This document shows, piece by piece, positions 37,499 through 46,839 of a DNA stretch of 64,000 nucleotides. The translations under genes and the position numbers were made by a program. Origin of the DNA: Candidatus Nanoarchaeia archaeon (GTDB lineage Archaea > Nanobdellota > Nanobdellia > Woesearchaeales > UBA525). The stretch's first letter is position 1. The number at the start of each line of letters is the position of its first letter. The notes beneath the pieces are model-generated. The model was given only the letters and a program-made list of their open reading frames with translations. It made no database searches and was not told where the DNA came from. Location of the stretch: positions 302,191 through 366,190 of the forward strand of contig JANQNB010000018.1 of NCBI GenBank assembly GCA_028279755.1. The letters run 5' to 3'.

Positions 37499-37984
37499 TC
37501 AGCCCTCGACCGTCACCCTGATCCTGCCTGTCGTGCGAGCCTCACTGGCGAGCGTGACGTCAGCCTCCACCGCCACCTGTTTCCCGACACGGCCGGCAAA
37601 AGGATTGTCACCGCCGAAACTGCACGTGAGCTCGGCCTTTTCACCCTCGTGCAGGCTGGAAGGGATGAACGGCAGCCCATCGAGCATGATGTTCCTGGTG
37701 ATCATCACTCCCGAGCCTTCGTAGATGCACGCGATATCCTCGAGCATGATCTCGCCGTTATCGATGTTCTGCACTGTGAGATGGAGATTGCCATCAGTGC
37801 CTGCACTGGCGTGGGTGCAGCGGATGCCGCTCTCTGCCGGGAAACGGCACATGTCCGGCTTAAGCAGCTGGGGGTTGACAACTCCGAGATACACCATGAC
37901 TGCGATGGTCATGACCACGAGGATGAGGGCCCAGCCGTAGGTCGTCAGAAATTCCAGTGCGGTCTGGCCGCGTTTTCCTGTCAT
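37499..37984 (-). CDS. Type IV pilin
   Basis: KRG|QTALEFLTTYGWA. Confidence 0.9.
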   Translation of the reverse strand: MTGKRGQTALEFLTTYGWALILVVMTIAVMVYLGVVNPQLLKPDMCRFPAESGIRCTHASAGTDGNLHLTVQNIDNGEIMLEDIACIYEGSGVMITRNIMLDGLPFIPSSLHEGEKAELTCSFGGDNPFAGRVGKQVAVEADVTLASEARTTGRIRVTVEG

Positions 37985-38007
37985 GGTCCCCCTCTTTGAA
38001 AGCGGAT

Positions 38008-38469
38008 TTACTGCACTGTGCCGAAGATCTCGCCGTTGAGCGGCCGGTCGTACTGGCCCCCGATGACCTTATAGCTGCCAGTGAACTTCAGCTTGACCTT
38101 CTCGCCTTGGATGAGTGCAGGATTGCTCAGGCCTGTGCAATTGATCGCCCTGGCGACGCCAGCGCCGATATTGGCAGGCACGGTACACGCTGCTGTCGAG
38201 CTGTCAGGGAAGACGACGTCGAAGCTCAGGGTATCGACCGCGCTTCCCAACTGGTTCATGAGCACGAAACGGGTCTCGTCAGTGTCAATCATGAAATCCT
38301 TGCAGAAGAACTCCTGTTGGAAATTGCACCGTTCTGGAAGGAACTTGTTCGGGCTGATCACGCCGAAATACGCGAGCGCGCCGATCATGACAAGCACGAC
38401 AAGGAAGGCCCAACCATAGGTTGTCAGAAACTCTAAGGCTGCCTGTCCTCGTCGATTGCGCAGGCTCAT
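38008..38469 (-). CDS. Type IV pilin
   Basis: RRG|QAALEFLTTYGWA. Confidence 0.9.
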   Translation of the reverse strand: MSLRNRRGQAALEFLTTYGWAFLVVLVMIGALAYFGVISPNKFLPERCNFQQEFFCKDFMIDTDETRFVLMNQLGSAVDTLSFDVVFPDSSTAACTVPANIGAGVARAINCTGLSNPALIQGEKVKLKFTGSYKVIGGQYDRPLNGEIFGTVQ

Positions 38470-38753
38470 TTCCGCTTCCCCTTGATCCGTTCATGCACGT
38501 TATGGAAGTGCTGTCGGTTCTCCTCGTGCATCACATGCAGCTCGTCCCGCGTCCTGATGATCATGCTCAGGGTGATCACGCACAGCACGAACACGAGGAA
38601 GACGAGGCTAAACGTCATGATTCCCAGCGCGCTCGTATCAGGGCTCACGTTCGAGATGTAGCCGCCGAAGATGATGGCGACGACCAGCAACACAAAGAGC
38701 ATGATGCTCAAGATCGCTTTATGATGGCGCATATCAAGTTTGTTTCTCATCAA
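38466..38753 (-). CDS. Small 2-TM protein in the pilin operon
   Basis: Two hydrophobic helices; SD GGGTGA; overlaps the pilin start. Confidence 0.7.
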   Translation of the reverse strand: MMRNKLDMRHHKAILSIMLFVLLVVAIIFGGYISNVSPDTSALGIMTFSLVFLVFVLCVITLSMIIRTRDELHVMHEENRQHFHNVHERIKGKRK

Positions 38754-38822
38754 CTCACCCGTACCCTTTCTTAAATCCCTACCGTCGAGTTTTTTTATAA
38801 ATATTTCGGTATCTTTCCCTCG

Positions 38823-39851
38823 CTATCCCAACTGTATCATGCTGCCGAAGATCTTGCCTGCGGCTTTGAGCAGGATGAAGTACAGCGACAGGCTGGTCAG
38901 GAGGAACATGGGAATGTATTTCACTCCGCTTCTGATGTTCCCTTTCTCGATGATGCTGATGATCAATGCCGAGCTCGTCGAGATGATGCTGATCGCGAGC
39001 ACGGTGAAGATCCGGTAATCGTTGGCATCGATCGAGGGCTTGCTGAGCTTGAGCGCCGCGATCGGGGACGTGGCCATGTTCGCGCCGATGCTGCCGAGGA
39101 AGTTGCTGATCACATTGAAGAGCGTGAAGCTGAGCGCGAACAGGGCGGGCATGACGAACATGACAAGCGCGGCGATGAAGATCATGTACGTCAGCGTGGA
39201 AGCGGCCATCTCCTCCTTGAGCGTGCGCGCCTTCTTCAGGTTGTGGATGACCCGGTCGATCACGTCGACGATCTTTCCCCCTGACTCTATTTCGCCGATG
39301 ATCAGGTTCACGGAACGGCGCAGTATCGGGCTGTTGTACTTGTCTGCGAACTCCTTCAAGGCCTCTGTCACGTCATTGCCGGTCATGACACGTTTCGAGA
39401 CAAGGCCGATCTCCTTGGCGAGGATGCCGAACTCCGGCTTGATCGCGGCCCAGAGCGCTTTCTCAAAAGAATAGCCTCCTTTTAAGCTCGTGCTGACCAG
39501 TGTCAGATAGTCGGGCAGCTTCTTCTCCATCTCCTTCGTACGGTTGAAGATGCGCATCGAGAGCCAGAAATAACCGACGCCCCCGATGGCGAAGACTGCT
39601 CCAAGCATCAGCGACGTGAACAGCACGAAGCTTACAGAGAAGAAAACTGGAGGGCTCTTCCCTTGCAAGGAGGTATAGATGCTCGTGATGTAGATGAAAT
39701 AGGAGATCGCAGCGCCGATCCAGAACAGCAGGCCGAAGGTGTGATAGGGTATCTCGTCGAAGCCGGCCTTCTCGAAGAAGCGCTTGAGATGCGGTCGCAC
39801 CTTCTTCGGGATGAAGGCCTTGCCGAATGTCGAAAGGAAAAATATTTCCAT
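38823..39851 (-). CDS. Type II secretion system F-domain platform protein (TadC-like)
   Basis: EKKLPDYL...GYSFEKAL...FGILAKEI, multiple TMs. Confidence 0.9.
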   Translation of the reverse strand: MEIFFLSTFGKAFIPKKVRPHLKRFFEKAGFDEIPYHTFGLLFWIGAAISYFIYITSIYTSLQGKSPPVFFSVSFVLFTSLMLGAVFAIGGVGYFWLSMRIFNRTKEMEKKLPDYLTLVSTSLKGGYSFEKALWAAIKPEFGILAKEIGLVSKRVMTGNDVTEALKEFADKYNSPILRRSVNLIIGEIESGGKIVDVIDRVIHNLKKARTLKEEMAASTLTYMIFIAALVMFVMPALFALSFTLFNVISNFLGSIGANMATSPIAALKLSKPSIDANDYRIFTVLAISIISTSSALIISIIEKGNIRSGVKYIPMFLLTSLSLYFILLKAAGKIFGSMIQLG

Positions 39852-39854
39852 GGT

Positions 39855-40670
39855 TCACACGTTGACTGTTGGTCTGATGCTCTTGAAGATCGTGATGAAA
39901 AAGAACTGGAGGAGGATGAGGAAGAAGGCGAGCATGAGGAAGAAGATGAGGTCGAAGTTCGCGCTGATCATGCTCACGATGGTGATGAAGAGCGTGATGC
40001 CCAGGCTGGGGATGACGATGCTGAAGAGCATGAAGAACATGGTGAGGCTGTTCAGCTTCTTGCCATAGCGCTGGATCTCGATGAGCTGGTCGTTGGAGAT
40101 CTCCTCGAGGATGGCTTCAAGATAGTTCGTGACATCCACGCCGATGCGCAAGGCGTTCGTGATCTGGAACAGAATTCTGCGAAACTTCTCGCTTGGGCTG
40201 TAGCGGGAGGCGCGCTCGAGCGCTTCCTCGAGCGGCGTGCCCATGTCGATCTCGTGCACGATCTCCTTGAAGTACTTGTTCGCGACCCCGTAGCTCTTCG
40301 AGGCCTCGGTCAATGCAGCAATCAAGGGACGTCCGGCGTGGAGCTTCACGAGCAGGAAGCGCCCTGCGAAGAGGACTTCGCGGTCGATGTCCTTCGCGAT
40401 CTTATGGATCCGGACGTCAGCGACACGCGCAAGCAGGCGATAGACAAGATAGAACGAGATGAAGAAGATCACGACCGGCATGAGCGGGCTCCAGCCGAAC
40501 GCCTGGCCGAAGAGGAAGAAGGCGAAGGTGATGGCGACAGCGACCCACATGCTGGACAGCCAGGCATTCCTGATATAGGCGACTGGTTCCTTGTCGATCT
40601 TCGCCATGATCAGCTTGCGCTTGAGATCCGGGTGGCGGCTCGCGAGCCCGTCGAAAAATCCCATGGTCAT
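39855..40670 (-). CDS. Type II secretion system F-domain platform protein (TadB-like)
   Basis: GTPLEEALERAS..SPSEKFRRILFQI. Confidence 0.88.
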   Translation of the reverse strand: MTMGFFDGLASRHPDLKRKLIMAKIDKEPVAYIRNAWLSSMWVAVAITFAFFLFGQAFGWSPLMPVVIFFISFYLVYRLLARVADVRIHKIAKDIDREVLFAGRFLLVKLHAGRPLIAALTEASKSYGVANKYFKEIVHEIDMGTPLEEALERASRYSPSEKFRRILFQITNALRIGVDVTNYLEAILEEISNDQLIEIQRYGKKLNSLTMFFMLFSIVIPSLGITLFITIVSMISANFDLIFFLMLAFFLILLQFFFITIFKSIRPTVNV

Positions 40671-42136
40671 TCCAGTATCAATTTGCCGGTGTAGTACTTG
40701 GCGATGTGCAGGCCGATCTGGTTCACGTCCTCAACCCCTTTCCGGACGAGCCATTTCAGGATGCGCACCTTCTGCTTCAGATCGAAGGTGATCTCTTCCT
40801 TGCTCATCCCGGTATACAGCATGAGACGCTCCATGACCATCTCGGAATCGGCAAGCTTCTCGATCACGTCCTTCTGGGCGCTATAGCGCAGGAGGACTTT
40901 CGGATCGCCATCGTGGCCGATCTCAGCGACCTGCAAGGTACGTCGCTTGCCTGTGCGCCTGTTGCGGTTCTGCACCACGATGAGGCTCAGGGCCGAGAGC
41001 ATCTGCTTCGGGATGTCAATAGGAGGGTTGGTGAGGCGCTTGATCGTCTCGTCCGCGTTGTTCGCGTGCACTGTCGCATAGACGCTATGGCCCGTGTGCA
41101 TCGCTTCCAGCATGACTTCTGCCTCTTTCTTCCGACGGATCTCTCCCACGATGATGCGGTCAGGGCGCATACGCAGGCTGTTCACCAGGAGATCGAGCAT
41201 CGTGACGCCGCCCTTGCCTTCAGGGTTGGGCAAACGTGTCTCCATCGGTACCCAGTGGAGATCGTCTGGCAGGACAAGCTCGCGCGTATCCTCGATCGAT
41301 ACGATGCGCTGGTTCGGCGGGAAGAAATTGGCGACGACGTTGAGCATCGAGGTCTTACCGCTTCCCGTGCCGCCAGCGATGAGAATGGAGAGCTCGTTCT
41401 GGATGGCAAGCCAGATGAACGCCGCGGCCTCGACGCTGATCGTGCCTTCCTTGATGAACTTGGTGATGGTCCAGGGATCGTCCGCGAACTTACGGATCGT
41501 GATCGTGTTGCCTTTGTTGCTGATGGGTGAGAGCGTGGCATTGACACGATCCCCGGTGCGGAGGTGCGCGTCCATCAGGGGATTGAGATTGGTGATCTCC
41601 TTGCCGACTTCGCGGCCGATCATCGTGGCGAAATGCCGGATGCGCGCCTCGCTCGGGATGAGGATGTTGGTCACGAGCCAGCCATGGCGGCGGTGGTACA
41701 CCCACACTGGATCGGTGTGGTTGTTCACCACGATCTCCTCCAGCGCCGAGTCCTTGAGCAGGATCTCGATCTTGCCCAGCCCGAGATTCTCCTCGAGCAG
41801 GTAATTGACGAGCATGTTCAGGGTCTCAGGATTGGTCTGCGGGAAATACTTCAGGATCAGGTCGTGGATCTCCTTCTTGAACTCCTCCCGGATGTTCAGG
41901 ACTTCTTCGGCGCTCTCGAACTTGTCCAGGTCCACCATGTTCATCTTGCTGACGAACTCCTGGCGGATCTTCTCGAGGATGATCTTGGTCGTGGGCGAGA
42001 TGTTCGCGATGCTGACGTTGTAGATCGGCACCGGCTCCTTCGGATCGGTCTCTACCTTGATCTCGACGAGAATATTATTTATTTCGATGGCGTACTTCTC
42101 TAGGACTTCCGCATGCTCTTCTGTCTTTTTTGCCAT
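40667..42136 (-). CDS. Pilus assembly ATPase (CpaF/VirB11 family)
   Basis: GGTGSGKTS, SIEDTREL, LRMRPDRIIVGEIR, HTGH. Confidence 0.95.
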   Translation of the reverse strand: MAKKTEEHAEVLEKYAIEINNILVEIKVETDPKEPVPIYNVSIANISPTTKIILEKIRQEFVSKMNMVDLDKFESAEEVLNIREEFKKEIHDLILKYFPQTNPETLNMLVNYLLEENLGLGKIEILLKDSALEEIVVNNHTDPVWVYHRRHGWLVTNILIPSEARIRHFATMIGREVGKEITNLNPLMDAHLRTGDRVNATLSPISNKGNTITIRKFADDPWTITKFIKEGTISVEAAAFIWLAIQNELSILIAGGTGSGKTSMLNVVANFFPPNQRIVSIEDTRELVLPDDLHWVPMETRLPNPEGKGGVTMLDLLVNSLRMRPDRIIVGEIRRKKEAEVMLEAMHTGHSVYATVHANNADETIKRLTNPPIDIPKQMLSALSLIVVQNRNRRTGKRRTLQVAEIGHDGDPKVLLRYSAQKDVIEKLADSEMVMERLMLYTGMSKEEITFDLKQKVRILKWLVRKGVEDVNQIGLHIAKYYTGKLILE

Positions 42137-42145
42137 GTGTTGGCC

Positions 42146-43501
42146 TCATGGGCTGCCTTTCAGGTGCTGCTCTTCCTGATCGAGAGGATCGTGATCGAAC
42201 GATTCGTGATCGCCAGGCTGCTGTTCCGGAGCTTCGGGTTCGTGGTCGAATGATTCATGGGAATCAGATTGGGGAGACCTGCCTGATTCAGGTTCGTGAT
42301 CGAATGATCCATGATCAAAGCTTGGATTTGTAGGTATAACTGTTTCAGATTTGCCGACCTTCGCAGGCATATCTGCGATCACCTGATGCAGCTGCCGGAG
42401 GTTCTCTGTTTCCTCTGTATGCTGCAGGGGCGGCAGGTGCGTCAGGAGTTCCTTCGCCTTGCGATACTGGCGCATCGCCTCGCTCTTGTTCCCTGCCTTC
42501 ACTGCTTGGGTAGCGGCCTCTTCATGGGCTTGAAAGCGTTGCGCCTCTCCTGAGGGTCTGAACCCGGCGCGCGTTGCCATCAGCTCTGCAATGCTCTTGT
42601 GGATCTTTTTGAACTTCGGGAGCAGGACGCGCCGCTGGTGCGGCGTGAGCTCTTCGGCGACGAGCCGGTCCTTGACTTCCCGGTACCGCCGCATCGCAGC
42701 GGCGTAGGCGTGCTCCTGCACCAGGGTCTCAAGCTCTGCGATATCCGCATGGAAGGCCTGTTCCTCTGCTTCTGTCAGTCCGTGCGGTGCTGGCGCCTGT
42801 TCTGGAACTTCTTCCTTCGGCGGCGCTTGTATTGGAGGAGCGTGTGCTGGTGGCAGGATCGGTTCTTGTGACGTGATCTCTGGAAGCGGGGCTGCTGGCT
42901 CTGGCTGGAGTGAGATGGGAGGTGTGTCCTGTGCCGGAGGCGTCGCTTCTGGACTTGTTTGTGGCGTCGGTTCTGGAGTTGGTTCTGATTTCGGTTTTGT
43001 AGCCGGCTCTGATGTCGGCTCGACAGATTCCAGCTCCTCAGCCGATAGTTCAATCTCAGCGATAGGCGCTTGTTTCACCGGCTTGGGCTCTGCCGGTTCT
43101 TCCTTAGCCGCTTCCTCCTTCGCCTCGGGCGCTGCGAACTGTCCCAGTTCCTTCTCCAGAAGCTTCGCTTTCTCGTCCTTGCGATGACCAAAAGCTTCCT
43201 GGAAACGCTTGTAGAGCTTCTCGAGCAGGTGCTGGCGACTGTTGCGCTCCGGCGCATCCGCTGGATAGGCGTCAAGGCTCTCTTTCAGCTCGTGGAGGAG
43301 ATGTTGCGCCTTGTCCATGTCGCCTTCGCGCACCGCATTCTCGAGCTCGCGTTCGAAATCCTTGCTCGGGGAATAGAGGCCGACCTCTTCCTGGGCGATC
43401 GCTTCCGGACTGGCCGGCGCGCTCGCCTTTTCCGTCTTGTTGTGCAGATGATGCTCAAGGAATGCCTTGATGTCCTCTTCGACAAACTGCTCGAGCTCCA
43501 T
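42146..43501 (-). CDS. Helical protein with a Pro-rich linker and C-terminal SFDH repeats
   Basis: Helical hairpin blocks separated by a P/E-rich linker; lies in the pilus operon. Confidence 0.75.
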   Translation of the reverse strand: MELEQFVEEDIKAFLEHHLHNKTEKASAPASPEAIAQEEVGLYSPSKDFERELENAVREGDMDKAQHLLHELKESLDAYPADAPERNSRQHLLEKLYKRFQEAFGHRKDEKAKLLEKELGQFAAPEAKEEAAKEEPAEPKPVKQAPIAEIELSAEELESVEPTSEPATKPKSEPTPEPTPQTSPEATPPAQDTPPISLQPEPAAPLPEITSQEPILPPAHAPPIQAPPKEEVPEQAPAPHGLTEAEEQAFHADIAELETLVQEHAYAAAMRRYREVKDRLVAEELTPHQRRVLLPKFKKIHKSIAELMATRAGFRPSGEAQRFQAHEEAATQAVKAGNKSEAMRQYRKAKELLTHLPPLQHTEETENLRQLHQVIADMPAKVGKSETVIPTNPSFDHGSFDHEPESGRSPQSDSHESFDHEPEAPEQQPGDHESFDHDPLDQEEQHLKGSP

Positions 43502-43502
43502 T

Positions 43503-43955
43503 TTAGATCTTCATCAGCACCTGCGTCCGGTATTCCTTCCAGAGCTCTTCTTCGTCACTGAGCTGTCGCTTCCTCACCTCTGCGAGGAAGAATGCTTTCT
43601 TCGCGTCAAGGGTCTTGAGCACGTGGCTCTTCCACAGGGTCGCGGCCTTCATATCAGGGATGCGCTTCTCTGTGGCTTTCTTGAGGAAGGCCTGGTGATA
43701 GGTATCCCAGTTCAGCTCTTCCTCGCCGATGATCTTCGCCTTCTCCTTGTCAGCGCGATTGAGATAGATGAAGGGCTTGGTGAACTTGTACTCGATGCCC
43801 AGGATGCCCTCTTCCACGAGAAAGTCGACCCATGACTGGAGGGTCTCGACACTCACCTTGAGCTCAGCGGCAGTCTCCAGCAGCGGCGCCTTTTCCTTGC
43901 CTTCGAGAAATGCGATAAGTTGGTCTACGCCGGTCTTAATGACCTCGTCGCTCAT
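43503..43955 (-). CDS. wHTH-like protein heading the pilus ATPase operon
   Basis: KTGVDQLI...ETAAELKVSVETLQSWVDFLVEEGIL. Confidence 0.75.
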   Translation of the reverse strand: MSDEVIKTGVDQLIAFLEGKEKAPLLETAAELKVSVETLQSWVDFLVEEGILGIEYKFTKPFIYLNRADKEKAKIIGEEELNWDTYHQAFLKKATEKRIPDMKAATLWKSHVLKTLDAKKAFFLAEVRKRQLSDEEELWKEYRTQVLMKI

Positions 43956-44086
43956 ACGCCACCTCTTTTTGCTCCGAAGAGCCCTCCAATACAGTTCATT
44001 CTCCAGAAGAGAGTATTTAAAGTTTATGATTCACTATCGAGGGTCTGAAAGCCATTTTCTCGACGATTTCTCACCCTTGACAGCGA

Positions 44087-45109
44087 TCAGGTGCAGGTGT
44101 GGTTCCAGTAATTGACATCCTTTGTCATATTGTAGTCTGCCAGGTGCGGGATATCGAAGCGGAATTTTGGATAGTGGAAATCGCCTGCTGTGACGATGAT
44201 GCCGAGGGTCTCGTCCCCGCAGGTGAATATCTCATCAGCGAAGATCTGATGCGCGGTGTACGATCGATTCAGGGGCCAGGCGTGCGCCTGCGTGATCGCC
44301 GGATCGATAAGGGTCTCGATGCCTGAGATGTTGAGCGGATCAAACTCTGCAGAGAGGTCTCTGCCCAGGCGCTGGAGATAGGTCATGCCGACGCCGGTGT
44401 TTGACACATAGGCTTCTGTCGCGATCAGGTCTGAGAGGTTCTGCCGTGTCAGGAGGCTGCGCGGCACCGGGAACTTGGTGAAATTCCTGCTTCCGACAGT
44501 GAGCCAGGCCGAGGAGTATTTCGTGAAGAGGGGGTCGGGCAGGCCGAGCACATTCACGACCACGTCGTGCTGCGTTGAGCGGTTCCATTGCACAAAGGAG
44601 TCATTGATCGTGTAGTTGAGCTGATAGGAAATCAGCAGCTCGAACGGAAACCAGTCGCGCACAGTGACATTCTCGCTCAGGGTATAATTCGTATGAATGT
44701 TCAGCTCTTCCTTTCCGATCGCGACGAAGTCGTCGAGCCGTTCTGTGAACGTGGTGCCGCTCCCGCCAGGCACGCAGCGGAAGACCGCAGCGTCCAGCGT
44801 GGTATTGCCGTACTTGAGGCAGGAGGAGATGTTCGCAGCCATCTGCTCAGCGCTCGCGATCGGGGTGCCTGCATCGAGCTGCTCGGTGATGGCGATGAGC
44901 GCTGCTCGCGTGCTCAAGCGTGTGGCGTCGTCGATGTACGCGTCCCACGAGGCCACGTAATTGTCCATGACCGTGACGCGGGTCTCGACAGCGCCGGACG
45001 TCGTATCGAGACGGGGCGTGCTTGCGCTCCAGAAGAGCAGGATGAAGAAGGTGGCGAGCAGCACAGCGATCATCGAGAAGAGGATCCCGCGTTTCGTGAT
45101 CCTGCTCAT
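44087..45109 (-). CDS. Pilin-like (minor pilin) protein
   Basis: TKRG|ILFSMIAV class III-like signal. Confidence 0.7.
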   Translation of the reverse strand: MSRITKRGILFSMIAVLLATFFILLFWSASTPRLDTTSGAVETRVTVMDNYVASWDAYIDDATRLSTRAALIAITEQLDAGTPIASAEQMAANISSCLKYGNTTLDAAVFRCVPGGSGTTFTERLDDFVAIGKEELNIHTNYTLSENVTVRDWFPFELLISYQLNYTINDSFVQWNRSTQHDVVVNVLGLPDPLFTKYSSAWLTVGSRNFTKFPVPRSLLTRQNLSDLIATEAYVSNTGVGMTYLQRLGRDLSAEFDPLNISGIETLIDPAITQAHAWPLNRSYTAHQIFADEIFTCGDETLGIIVTAGDFHYPKFRFDIPHLADYNMTKDVNYWNHTCT

Positions 45110-45624
45110 GTCCACACCTCGACCTGGATCACATAGGGGCCGATGATATCGGTCTGGTTGATCAATGCGTACTCCACGCTGCGCGCAGCCAGATGCAGCT
45201 GCGGGATCAGCTCTGACGAGCCCTCCTGCTCGAAGATGACTGTCTGCGTCGCTGAACCTGACTTCTTCAGGCTCACGTTGATGTCCAATGTCGCGGGCAG
45301 GCTTTCTGCAGCAGCAGCGAGAAGGTTCGTCGCGTTCAGGATCTCTGTCTGGTTGAAGAAGATGATCACCTGCTCGGCCAGGGTGTGACGCACCTCTGTG
45401 ATCTGGCCCTCGCTGATCAGCTCGTCGATGACTGCGTGCCGGAAATCCCGTACTTCAGTCGTGCTGAGGAAATTGATGTAATCATGCGCGTACGTGAAGC
45501 TCTGCTCGCTGCTGGGCTGCTCGATGAAGAGGTTGAAGATCAGCACGAGCGTGAAACTCAGGATGGCGGCTGCGATAAAGGCGTCGATCACGAAGAAATA
45601 CGCTCCACGCTTGCCGAGAGTCAC
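45106..45624 (-). CDS. Pilin-like (minor pilin) protein
   Basis: GKRG|AYFFVIDAFIA; GTG start with SD GGAGGTG. Confidence 0.72.
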   Translation of the reverse strand: MTLGKRGAYFFVIDAFIAAAILSFTLVLIFNLFIEQPSSEQSFTYAHDYINFLSTTEVRDFRHAVIDELISEGQITEVRHTLAEQVIIFFNQTEILNATNLLAAAAESLPATLDINVSLKKSGSATQTVIFEQEGSSELIPQLHLAARSVEYALINQTDIIGPYVIQVEVWT

Positions 45625-45678
45625 GAGCCCACCTCCATAGCGAGTTACCAGAACTCAGGCTATAAAAAGCTAATTGTC

Positions 45679-46761
45679 CTATTTCGGAATTGAGAGCCGC
45701 TTCCCGTCGAGATACACAGTGGGATTCTTCAGCACGTGATCCAGATGGATGATGGCTGCGACGTCGCCGCCGAACCACTTATTGCTCCCGTTCGCGAAAT
45801 GGACTGTGCCCCGCACTTTCTCGTCGAGGATGGTGCAGCCGATCAGTTTCGCGCCGGGATTCAGGCCGATGCCGAGCTCGCACACCCGGCGGATGCCCCA
45901 GGGGAACTTCGCGCGTTGCTCTGCCCATCGCAAGGTGCGTTCGAGGGCTTTTGCTTCCGGCGTGTCGTTAAGTTTCACGATATCGCCCCGCTTGACTGTC
46001 AGGATGATGGGCTCTTCCGGAATAAGCGAAGCGTCCTTCGTGCGGTAGCTCCCGTCGATGACGATCCTGCCTTCCACGCCGCGCTTGACTGGCGGGAAGT
46101 AGACTTCTCCGGCTGGCATGTTGCCGCCACGCCCTGGATTTGTGTAGAACCCATCGTTGTTGATCGCTTTCATGCCTTTCTTCGACACTGTGAAATCGGA
46201 GCCGGCTTTTGTCGTCACCCGCACTTCCTCAGCATTGTCAAGCGCTTCTTTCAGGCGCGCCCCTTCCTTGCTGATCGTGTGATAGTCCACATCGAAGGCA
46301 TCGAGCACGGTCGAGAAATTGTCGTCGCTGATCAGTCCCCAGTTCGAGCTGGAGAAGAAGCGATGGCCGCGCTCTTTGCAGAAGGTGCGGTAGCTCAGGC
46401 CGAGGTGGTCCATGTTTCCCAGGCGGCCGCTCGCGTTGAGCAGGATGAGGCTCTGCTTCGGCAGTTTGTCGAGCGCGCTGATGACCCGCTGTTCAGCGAC
46501 ATCCCCGCGACGCTTCACCTCCTGGGTGACCAGACGTGTCGTGATCCCGAGCTCTTCGGCGGCAGCTGCGTAGAGCAGGTTGAGCCGTGACGCCACCTGG
46601 TGCCCTGGTTCGCCGTTGTCCGAGAGGATGAGCAGGCGCTCGTCGACCGCGCCGAGGTTCTCGACCAGGAGCTTCTTGAACAAGGGAATGAAGCGGGAAT
46701 ACTTCTGCAGGAAGTCCGCGGAAATCTTCGTTTCTCGCAGGAGTTCTTCGACAACCGTCAT
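45679..46761 (-). CDS. M29-family (thermophilic metalloprotease) aminopeptidase
   Basis: NMPAGEVY, ELGIGLNP, DEKVRGTVHFANG, HLD. Confidence 0.85.
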   Translation of the reverse strand: MTVVEELLRETKISADFLQKYSRFIPLFKKLLVENLGAVDERLLILSDNGEPGHQVASRLNLLYAAAAEELGITTRLVTQEVKRRGDVAEQRVISALDKLPKQSLILLNASGRLGNMDHLGLSYRTFCKERGHRFFSSSNWGLISDDNFSTVLDAFDVDYHTISKEGARLKEALDNAEEVRVTTKAGSDFTVSKKGMKAINNDGFYTNPGRGGNMPAGEVYFPPVKRGVEGRIVIDGSYRTKDASLIPEEPIILTVKRGDIVKLNDTPEAKALERTLRWAEQRAKFPWGIRRVCELGIGLNPGAKLIGCTILDEKVRGTVHFANGSNKWFGGDVAAIIHLDHVLKNPTVYLDGKRLSIPK

Positions 46762-46839
46762 TCTGTGATCCGCGACCAGGAATAATATAAAGCTTCTGAT
46801 TACGCAAGCTATATAAAACGCTCCTGGCTTGTCGTGACC

